From an uncultured Acidobacteriota bacterium (lineage in GTDB: Bacteria; Acidobacteriota; Vicinamibacteria; Vicinamibacterales; UBA8438), in assembly GCA_913043225.1 (NCBI GenBank), contig CAJWLU010000004.1:96001-160000 (forward strand): a stretch of 64,000 nt of DNA, written 5' to 3'. The position numbers and the translations under genes were made by a program. Every line of letters begins with the position of its first letter. Positions within the stretch are counted from its first letter, which is position 1. Under the pieces are notes generated by a model. The model had not been told where the DNA came from. It ran no database searches and was given only the letters and a program-made list of their open reading frames with translations. Below are positions 56,270 through 64,000 of the stretch, in pieces.

Positions 56270-57049
56270 TTGAGTTCGATCGCCATCACAGACTTACTCG
56301 AAGCCGGCGCGCACTTCGGCCACCAGACCAAGCGGTGGAATCCGAAGATGAAGCCATACATCCTTGGCGCACGCAACGGCATCTACATCATCGACCTCGC
56401 CAAGACGGCCGAGCTGTTTGAGAAGGCGGAGACCTACGTCCGCGATCTCGCCTCAGACGGTAAGACGGTCCTCTTCGTCGGTACCAAACGCCAGGCGCAG
56501 GATATAGTGGTCGAGGAAGCCCAGCGGTGCGGCATGTACTTCGTGAACCAGCGCTGGCTCGGCGGTTTGCTGACGAACTTCGTCACTATCCAGCGAAGCC
56601 TCGCTCGGCTCAAAGACCTGGAAGCGATGGCGGAGGACGGCCGCTACGATACCTTCTCGAAGAAAGAAATCGCCAGAATCGAGAAAGAGAAACGCAAGCT
56701 GCACAAGAACCTCGACGGCATTCGACACATGGCGAAGCTTCCAGACGCCATGTTCGTGGTTGACACCCGCAAGGAGAAGATCGCAGTCGACGAGGCGCGC
56801 AAGCTCAAGATTCCAGTGATCGGCATCGTCGACAGTAACTGCGACCCAGACGACGTTGACTATGTCATTCCTGGCAACGACGACGCCTTGCGATCAATCC
56901 GGCTCTTCCTTTCGAAGATTGCGGATGCAGCCATTGCGGGCCGCGGCCTGCGCAACGAAGGTGGCCAGAGCGCACCGGGCGGCGACGAGACTCCCGCCGC
57001 GCCTGCCGAAGAGCCAGAAGATTCGAAACCGGCCGCCTCACCGGCCTGA
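56270..57049 (+). CDS. rpsB: 30S ribosomal protein S2
   Basis: [32 protein letters not shown] start with GGAGG SD. Confidence 0.98.
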   Translation: MSSIAITDLLEAGAHFGHQTKRWNPKMKPYILGARNGIYIIDLAKTAELFEKAETYVRDLASDGKTVLFVGTKRQAQDIVVEEAQRCGMYFVNQRWLGGLLTNFVTIQRSLARLKDLEAMAEDGRYDTFSKKEIARIEKEKRKLHKNLDGIRHMAKLPDAMFVVDTRKEKIAVDEARKLKIPVIGIVDSNCDPDDVDYVIPGNDDALRSIRLFLSKIADAAIAGRGLRNEGGQSAPGGDETPAAPAEEPEDSKPAASPA

Positions 57050-57164
57050 CCCATTCGCACGCCCGCCGAGGCGAAGGCCGTTATTCGCCTGCGCTTCTGC
57101 TGTACACCGCACCTTCTCACCTACTGCAACGACCGCGCCTCTGGCGCCCTGAGGACTCCGACAT

Positions 57165-57767
57165 ATGGGTATTTCTGCCATCGAGGTCAAACAGCTCCGC
57201 GACAAGACCGGAGCTGGGTTCATGGACTGTAAATCGGCCCTGGCCGAAGCCAACGGCGACGTTGAGCAAGCCATTACTATCCTGCGCAAGCGCGGGATTG
57301 CCAAGGCCGAAAAGCGGTCGGGCCGAAGCACCAGCGAGGGCGTCGTCGGCAGCTACATCCACATGGGCGGCAAGGTCGGCGTGCTGGTCGAGGTGGGCTG
57401 CGAATCGGATTTCGTCGCACGCACTGACGAGTTCCAGCAACTTGTGCGCGAGATTGCCATGCACATCGCGGCCGCCAATCCCCAGGTCGTAACGCGAGAC
57501 GAAGTGTCCGAAGCGGACGTCGAACGTGAAAAGATCATCTTCCGCGCCCAATTCGAGAACTCGAACAAGCCAGCCGACGTGGTCGAAAAGATCGTCGAGG
57601 GCAAGATGAACAGTTACTACCAGCAGGTAGTGCTGCTCGACCAGCCGTCGATTCGCGACCCGAAGACCTCCGTGCAGGATCTAGTCACTGCCGCCATCGC
57701 GAAGATGGGTGAGAACATCACCATCTCGCGGTTCGCCCGCTTCAAGATCGGCGAATCGGACAGCTAG
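57165..57767 (+). CDS. tsf: elongation factor Ts (short form)
   Basis: LRDKTGAG.MDCK, ESDFVA, MHIAA, KIVEGK. Confidence 0.97.
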   Translation: MGISAIEVKQLRDKTGAGFMDCKSALAEANGDVEQAITILRKRGIAKAEKRSGRSTSEGVVGSYIHMGGKVGVLVEVGCESDFVARTDEFQQLVREIAMHIAAANPQVVTRDEVSEADVEREKIIFRAQFENSNKPADVVEKIVEGKMNSYYQQVVLLDQPSIRDPKTSVQDLVTAAIAKMGENITISRFARFKIGESDS

Positions 57768-57808
57768 CCGGGGCCCGGGTCGACCACCGGGTATAATCCC
57801 CCCACTCG

Positions 57809-58525
57809 ATGGCTGACCCAGCCTACCGTCGCGTTCTCTTGAAACTGTCTGGCGAAGCGCTCATGGGTGAGCGCTCGTTCGGCATCGATCCTGCCGTCGC
57901 GGATCAGATCGCCGACGAAGTGGTAGAAGTGCGTCAGCTGGGCGTAGAGCTGGCCGTCGTGATCGGGGGCGGTAACATCTTTCGAGGCCTCGCTGGAAGC
58001 GCAAAGGGTATGGACCGGACGACGGCAGACAACATGGGAATGTTGGCTACGGTCATGAACGCGCTGGCTCTCAGTGACGCGCTCGAACGACACGGTGCTA
58101 ACACTCGGGTCCTGACCGCGATCGAGATGCGAACCGTCGCCGAACCATTCATCCGGCGCCGGGCGATTCGTCATCTCGAAAAAGGGCGATTGGTCTTGTT
58201 CGCGGCCGGCACGGGCAACCCCTACTTCACGACTGACACCGCTGCGGCACTGCGGGCTATGGAGATCCACGCGGACGTGATCATGAAGGCCACCAAGGTC
58301 GATGGGATCTACACCGCTGACCCACTAACGGACCCGACTGCCACTCGTCTACCGTCGCTCTCTCACCTCGAAGTTCTGGAACGGCGACTGCACGTGATGG
58401 ACGCCACCGCAATCTCCCTGTGCATGGACAATCAGCTACCGATCGTGGTTTTCGATCTCACGACTCCCGGTAACGTGCGGCGCGCGATCATGGGTGAGCC
58501 GGTCGGCTCGATTGTCACGGCGTAG
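57809..58525 (+). CDS. pyrH: uridylate kinase
   Basis: [29 protein letters not shown]. Confidence 0.98.
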   Translation: MADPAYRRVLLKLSGEALMGERSFGIDPAVADQIADEVVEVRQLGVELAVVIGGGNIFRGLAGSAKGMDRTTADNMGMLATVMNALALSDALERHGANTRVLTAIEMRTVAEPFIRRRAIRHLEKGRLVLFAAGTGNPYFTTDTAAALRAMEIHADVIMKATKVDGIYTADPLTDPTATRLPSLSHLEVLERRLHVMDATAISLCMDNQLPIVVFDLTTPGNVRRAIMGEPVGSIVTA

Positions 58526-58556
58526 GACGCCGCGAGACGGATCAGAAAGGCACAAC

Positions 58557-59126
58557 ATGGACATTAGCAACGGCGCCAGTGCAATCGATGCGGCGCACAA
58601 CGGGATGAAAGGGCAGGTAGAGCACGTCCGGCACGAGTTAACTGGCGTCCGGACCGGTCGCGCCTCCGTCGGTATCCTCGACTCAGTACGGGTCGAAGCA
58701 TACGGCACACAGATGCCCCTCAATCAGGTAGCAACGCTGTCGGTCCCGGAACCAACCCTGATCGTGGCCAACCCGTTCGACCCCACCCAGATCGCCGCCA
58801 TCGAACGCGCCATCCAGGGTGCGAACCTGGGACTGAACCCGGCCAACGATGGCAAGGTCGTGCGGATCCCGGTGCCGCCGCTGACCGATGAGAGGCGAAA
58901 AGAGCTCTCGCGCATCGTCCACAACCTCGCGGAGGACGGCCGCAACGGGATCCGAGGCGTCCGACGTACTGTCAACGAAGCGCTCAAAAAGCTCCTCAAG
59001 GACCACCAGCTCTCGGAGGACGACGAGCGTCGCGCGCTCGACGACGTACAGAAGGTCACCGACGAGCATATCGCCCAGATTGACGGACTACAGAAGGCCA
59101 AGGATTCGGAGCTTCTAGATCACTAA
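58557..59126 (+). CDS. frr: ribosome recycling factor
   Basis: RTGRA, YG...PLNQVA, LGLNP, PPLTDERRKEL. Confidence 0.97.
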   Translation: MDISNGASAIDAAHNGMKGQVEHVRHELTGVRTGRASVGILDSVRVEAYGTQMPLNQVATLSVPEPTLIVANPFDPTQIAAIERAIQGANLGLNPANDGKVVRIPVPPLTDERRKELSRIVHNLAEDGRNGIRGVRRTVNEALKKLLKDHQLSEDDERRALDDVQKVTDEHIAQIDGLQKAKDSELLDH

Positions 59127-59180
59127 ACATTGGGCTCTCGGCGGCGCGAGTCGTGCCAGCCGATGCAGCTCTCCTAGCGC

Positions 59181-60362
59181 GTGACTCTCCACTTTCGGCT
59201 CGAGTGCTCGGTGCCGTGCGGCGCCGGACCGTTTGATGCGAACGAAATTCACCATCTGTGTAGCTGCGGCCGTCCACTACTCGCTCGCTACAACTGGGAA
59301 TATATCGAGCGCCAGTGGTCGAAGGATGCGCCCACGCATGGCGTGCGCTCGATGTGGCGCTATGCACCGGTGCTACCGATTGCCGAGGGCGTGCCCCCCG
59401 TCACTCTCGGGGAAGGCTGGACCCCGCTCTTCCATGCCCGGCGCCTGGGGGCGGACCTAGGACTATCACGGCTGTATGTGAAAGACGAGGCTCTGAACCC
59501 CACCAACTCGTTCAAGGCTCGGGGCATGTCAGCCGCCGTCACGCGGGCTCGTGATCTCGGAGCTACAACGCTGTCTGCGCCGTCGGCCGGCAACGCCGCC
59601 TGCGCCCTAGCCGCCTACAGCGCTGCCGCCGGTCTCACCAGTAAGGTTTTCATGCCACGCGACGTGAAATTGCCTTTCATCCACGAATGCCGGCTCCACG
59701 GAGCGGAGGTGACGCTTGTGGATGGTCTCATCACCGATGCGGGACGGATCGCGGCCGAGCACGGCCGACCGCTCGGCTGGTATGACGTCTCTACGCTCAA
59801 AGAACCGTTCCGGACCGAAGGCAAGAAAACGATGGGCTACGAGATCGCCGAACAGCTCGGCTGGACCTGGCCTCACTGGATCATTTATCCCACCGGCGGT
59901 GGCACCGGCATCGTAGGCATCTGGAAGGCGTGTGAAGAGCTGGAGCGCTTGGGTTGGGTCAGCGGTCCACGCCCCCGGCTGGTCTCGGTACAGGCCACCG
60001 GATGCGCGCCCATCGTCCGTGCGTTCGATCGGGGCACTGAGACAGCAGAGCCCTGGGCCGATGCCACCACTGTCGCCGACGGCCTCCGTGTACCCGCCGC
60101 AGTTGGCGACATGCTCGTGCTCAGGGCACTGCGCGAGAGTGGCGGCAGCGCGCTCGCGGTGACCGACGAGGAGATGGTCACCGGAATGCGGGCCCTCGGA
60201 CAGCGCGAGGGAATCGGAGCCGCGCCGGAGGGAGGCGCTACGGTCGCGGCCCTTCGACACCTGCGAAACGTCGGCACCATCGGCGACGACGACCGCGTTG
60301 TGCTGCTCAACACCGGTGGTTCTCTGAAGTACCTCGACGTCCTGGAAGCACCGTCGTCCTAG
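59181..60362 (+). CDS. thrC: threonine synthase family PLP enzyme (paralog 1)
   Basis: N-terminal Cys knuckle, LGEGWTPL, NPTNSFKARG, SAGNA, EGKKTMG, PTGGGTG, NTG..LKY. Confidence 0.8.
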   Translation: MTLHFRLECSVPCGAGPFDANEIHHLCSCGRPLLARYNWEYIERQWSKDAPTHGVRSMWRYAPVLPIAEGVPPVTLGEGWTPLFHARRLGADLGLSRLYVKDEALNPTNSFKARGMSAAVTRARDLGATTLSAPSAGNAACALAAYSAAAGLTSKVFMPRDVKLPFIHECRLHGAEVTLVDGLITDAGRIAAEHGRPLGWYDVSTLKEPFRTEGKKTMGYEIAEQLGWTWPHWIIYPTGGGTGIVGIWKACEELERLGWVSGPRPRLVSVQATGCAPIVRAFDRGTETAEPWADATTVADGLRVPAAVGDMLVLRALRESGGSALAVTDEEMVTGMRALGQREGIGAAPEGGATVAALRHLRNVGTIGDDDRVVLLNTGGSLKYLDVLEAPSS

Positions 60363-60391
60363 CGAGCCAGGCACGCTCCACCCCCACTCGA

Positions 60392-60421
60392 TTGCGGCCT
60401 CCGACCGGTGGCGTGTAAAAT
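60392..60421 (+). promoter_or_regulatory. putative promoter of tRNA-Ala
   Basis: TTGCGG-18 nt-TAAAAT. Confidence 0.5.
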
Positions 60422-60472
60422 CGGCGACTGCGTGCCCAGCTCAGAACCTGGGCCCTGTACACCCTTCCCCGG

Positions 60473-60548
<76 letters not shown>

Positions 60549-61030
60549 TCCATCGATCTGCTCCCCGTCACTAGGCGTCTTCGGTCGTTGCCACCAGCCC
60601 AAGTCGTCTGAGCCGAAACCTCGCCATCATCCGGATAGCGTGGCGCGTCCGCTCACGGGCCTGCCCGGGCAGGCTTTCCCTCCGCTCCTAAGTGGACCAG
60701 TCTCATCTGACGGCTTCATTCATGACCCCCGCCGAGAAACGCTGGCAGGGTAACGGTGACAGGATGCGTGCGCCGACCGCATGCCCGTCTCGTTTCAGCG
60801 TGCTCGAACGGATTCATCGTCGAATCCGTCCATAAACAACCGCCCGGCAACCGCCTCTCATTACATTGAACTAGCCGGCAGCACCCACCTCAGACCAGGC
60901 CTCGCGGCCAGGTCGGCGACCCGGTCAACGGAACTGAAACTCCTATCAACCGGCAGCGATACGCTCAACTCCAACCGCCGAGAGGAACGCCACTGGCGGA
61001 ACAGTCGGCTCGACTGCGGTATAAAGAGGA

Positions 61031-62359
61031 ATGGCTTATCGCGCGGTGTTTCGCTGTATCGCCGGGTGTCCCGGCGAACACTCCCTCTGGACTCCAATCT
61101 ACCGCTGTCCGACCTGTGGCGATCTGCTCGAGGTGTGTCACGACCTCGGCGCCCTGAAGGATCGCTCCGCCATTGCCTGGATGCGGCTGTTTGACGAGCG
61201 CTACAAGCGCACCACCTGGCCCTACGGCTCGTCGGTTTGGGGCAAGAAGGAATGGGTCTGCCCCGATGTCCGAGACGAGGCAGTGGTGTCGATGGATGAG
61301 GGGGGCTCCAACCTCTTCTGGGCAGAGCGGTTCGGGCGCGATCTCGGAATGCAGGACCTGTGGGTCAAGCTGTGTGGGAACTCTCACACCGGCTCGTTCA
61401 AGGACCTCGGGATGACCGTCCTGGTGTCGGTTGTGCGTCAGATCATCCAGGACGGCGGAAACATTCGCGCCGTTGCCTGCGCCTCAACCGGCGACACGTC
61501 GGCTTCACTCGCCGCCTACGCGGCCGCCGGTGACATCCCGGCCATCGTACTGCTCCCCCGCGGAAAGGTATCGACCGCCCAGTTGCTCCAGCCAGTCGCC
61601 AACGGCGCGCTCGTTCTCGCGCTCGACACGGACTTCGACGGGTGCATGGCGATAGTGCAGCGGTTAAGCCAGGACGACGGTATCTATCTAGCCAACTCGA
61701 TGAACAGCCTCAGACTCGAGGGCCAGAAGACGGTGGCCGTCGAGATCGTACAGCAGCTCGACTGGCAAATTCCGGACGTGGTGATCATCCCGGGCGGCAA
61801 TCTCGGAAACGTTAGTGCACTCGGCGCGGGGTTCGAGCTGATGGCCGAGCTGGGATTGATCGATAAGCAGCCCCAAATCGTCGTCGCACAGGCTGCAGCC
61901 GCCAACCCGCTGTATCTCGCCTACACCCGAGGCTGGGAGTTCGAGGCAGTGGCGGCCCAACCAACCCAAGCCTCCGCCATCCAGATCGGGAACCCGGTGT
62001 CGGTCCAGAAGGCGATCCGCACCCTCAAGCGCCATCACGGCATCGTGGAGCAGGCTACCGAGGCCGAGCTTGCCGAAGCCTCGGCGCGCGCCGACCGCAC
62101 CGGGATGTACAACTGCCCTCATACAGGGGTCGCACTAGCGGCATTGATCAAGCTGCGTGAACGGGGCCTGATTGACGCCTCGTCACGCGTGGTCGTGGTC
62201 TCGACGGCCAGCGGGCTGAAGTTCACTGACTTCAAGCTGGGCTATCACGAGGACGGCCTGCCTGGCGTGACGCCCGAGCACGCGAACACCCCCGTCGAGC
62301 TTCCCAACGACTACGACTCGGTGCGAAAGGCCATTGACCAGCACGCCGGCGCGCACTAG
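61031..62359 (+). CDS. thrC: threonine synthase (plant-like type, paralog 2)
   Basis: [69 protein letters not shown]. Confidence 0.9.
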   Translation: MAYRAVFRCIAGCPGEHSLWTPIYRCPTCGDLLEVCHDLGALKDRSAIAWMRLFDERYKRTTWPYGSSVWGKKEWVCPDVRDEAVVSMDEGGSNLFWAERFGRDLGMQDLWVKLCGNSHTGSFKDLGMTVLVSVVRQIIQDGGNIRAVACASTGDTSASLAAYAAAGDIPAIVLLPRGKVSTAQLLQPVANGALVLALDTDFDGCMAIVQRLSQDDGIYLANSMNSLRLEGQKTVAVEIVQQLDWQIPDVVIIPGGNLGNVSALGAGFELMAELGLIDKQPQIVVAQAAAANPLYLAYTRGWEFEAVAAQPTQASAIQIGNPVSVQKAIRTLKRHHGIVEQATEAELAEASARADRTGMYNCPHTGVALAALIKLRERGLIDASSRVVVVSTASGLKFTDFKLGYHEDGLPGVTPEHANTPVELPNDYDSVRKAIDQHAGAH

Positions 62360-63514
62360 CCGAGAAACATCTCGTAGGCGGGATTTCTGCCTTGCAACTC
62401 GAAGCGGTAGCCCAGCTGATCGAGGAAGGCCTGGAATGCATCCTCGTCCTCGTGGGACACCTCAAACGCGGCCAGCACGCGGCCGAAGTCGGCCCCATGG
62501 TTGCAGAGCAGAATACCCGGAAGGCGCCAGGACGCTGCCGGAATGGTCACCCCGAAGACCGCCTCTCGCGCCTCCCCTAACTCGGCCCGCTCGCGCAGCC
62601 GGTCGAAGTTCATGTTGGCGCCGCTCAGCACCGCCACCAGCCGCTCAACCGGCGTCTCCAAGTCGGCCGCCCAGCGCTTCATCCCGGCGACCGAGAGCGC
62701 CCCAGCAGGTTCCATGACAGCAGGGGTGTCATCGTAAATATCTTTGATGGCGGCGCAGATCTCATCGTTGGTCACCCGCACCACTAAATCGACCCTATCG
62801 CGCGCCACCTCAAACGCGGTGGCGCCCACCTGCTCGAGCTCGACGCGCCGCCCTTCCTCCAAAGAGCGGTAGAGGGCGTCCGCGTCCATCGACTCCACCC
62901 CGATCACGAGCACTTCCGGCATCAACGCCTTGACGTAGGCGGCGATCCCCCCGATTAGCCCTCCCCCACCGACTGGCACGAACACCGCGTCGAGTCGCCC
63001 GTGGCACTGACGTCGAATCTCGTCCGCGATGGTCCCCTGCCCTGCCATGACCAGGGGATCGTCGAAGGGATGCACCGGGACCCGACCCTCCTTGGCCGCC
63101 CGCTCTTCCGCGCGACGCTCAGCCGCGGCATAGTCGTCGCCGGCCAGCTCTACTGTGACGCCGAAAGGTCTCACCGCCTCCACCTTGATGCGTGGGGTCG
63201 TTCGAGGCATCACGACCACGGCCGGCCCGCGCCGAGAACGCAACCCCCTGGGCATGATTGCCCGCGCTCGCACAGATCACGCCACGGGCACGTTCGGCAT
63301 CCGTCAAATGGGCGATCCGGTTGTAGGCGCCCCGAAGCTTGAAGCTGAATACTGGCTGGAGATCCTCACGCTTGAGCAGGACCTCCGCTCTCAGCCGGGA
63401 CGACAGCCCCGGTGCGACATCGAGAGGCGTCTCCCGCGCCACATCGTAGACCCGGCTACGTAGGATGTCTCGAAGAAGCCGTTCGACAGGGTCTTCTGAC
63501 GACGGGAACGGCAT
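62356..63514 (-). pseudogene. ilvA: biosynthetic threonine deaminase, degraded
   Basis: [34 protein letters not shown] in one frame; HPFDDP, GQGT, GGGGLIGG, NHGADFGRV in another; frameshift near 63226 and several internal deletions. Confidence 0.88.
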
Positions 63515-63550
63515 CGGAGCTTCATGTTATGATCGGGCCGAGACACTCTT

Positions 63551-63775
63551 ATGCCGATCTACGAGTATCGGTGTCGCGACTGCGACCACGACTTTGAGGC
63601 TCTGGTGCGAGGCCGCCGGATGCCGGTGTGTCCAGCCTGCGACAGCGACGCCCTGCATAGGCGTCAGTCGGCGTTCGCCGTCGGCGGGACCTCGATTACT
63701 GTACCGGCCCACACGGGCGGATCCTGTGGCACTTGCGGGGACCCGCGCGGCCCGGGTGCCTGTTCGATCAACTGA
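63551..63775 (+). CDS. FmdB family zinc-ribbon protein
   Basis: MPIYEYRCRDC...CPAC plus C-terminal CGTC...C. Confidence 0.9.
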   Translation: MPIYEYRCRDCDHDFEALVRGRRMPVCPACDSDALHRRQSAFAVGGTSITVPAHTGGSCGTCGDPRGPGACSIN

Positions 63776-63822
63776 CGGAACCGGGCTCGTCGTACCCGCC
63801 GTTCCGAGAGGATATTCACCAG

Positions 63823-64000
63823 ATGTCGGTGCCGCGAATTTCCAAGGAAGACCTCAAGGACCTACTCGAGGGGGACACCCCCAACGCCCCGGTCATCCTC
63901 GATGCCCGGCTCAAGTACCCCTACGAGCACAGCACTGTGACCCTACCCGGAGCCGTTCGTATCGACCCCGACGCGCTGGATGCCTCTGGGTTGTCGACCG
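63823..64000 (+). CDS. rhodanese-like domain protein, 5' part (runs off window)
   Basis: Manual translation: MSVPRISKEDLKDLLEGDTPNAPVILDARLKYPYEHSTVTLPGAVRI; GAGG SD. Confidence 0.7.
   Translation, partial: MSVPRISKEDLKDLLEGDTPNAPVILDARLKYPYEHSTVTLPGAVRIDPDALDASGLST

Noticed and set aside
60835..60870. SAM-I riboswitch (CCCGGCAACC) or T-box upstream of thrC2
   Set aside because: Only one short motif matches; the other conserved SAM-I elements and a T-box sequence are missing.
63215..63240. Programmed frameshift rescuing ilvA
   Set aside because: No slippery sequence, and other deletions remove conserved catalytic-domain and regulatory segments anyway.

Overview
GC-rich (roughly 65% by eye) bacterial chromosomal window made mostly of housekeeping genes. 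Gene content and order (LPS/Kdo genes, rplM-rpsI-rpsB-tsf-pyrH-frr in one block, DUF2007-RNase III fusion, b6-type bc complex with a multiheme cytochrome) suggest Acidobacteriota, possibly Vicinamibacteria; this is inference, not a database result. Contents: 5' end of gcvT, secreted hydrolases/peptidase, lactate permease, purA, a cutA-PP2C-rnc operon, ftsB, tRNA-fMet, glnK-amtB, an organic-acid catabolic trio, pncA/pncB-pgl-pgi, a Rieske/cytochrome b6/subunit IV/octaheme cytochrome c complex, the mdh-sucCD-korAB-ndk-dcd block, serA, kdsB-pyrG-kdsA-kdsD-lapB-coaE, folD, two Na+/amino-acid symporters, thiE, pepP, the translation operon, tRNA-Ala and two threonine synthase paralogs. I saw no CRISPR, transposase, integrase or prophage. 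Most notable: (i) a possible signal-regulated RNase III (DUF2007 fusion, translationally coupled to a membrane PP2C phosphatase, downstream of CutA); (ii) the bc complex with a coiled-coil octaheme cytochrome and a HEAT-repeat partner; (iii) genome erosion, seen as a pilM::PKD deletion scar and a multiply deleted ilvA; (iv) a DnaA-box cluster between mdh and serA; (v) several apparently leaderless promoters. I cannot show from sequence alone that any of these is a new system.
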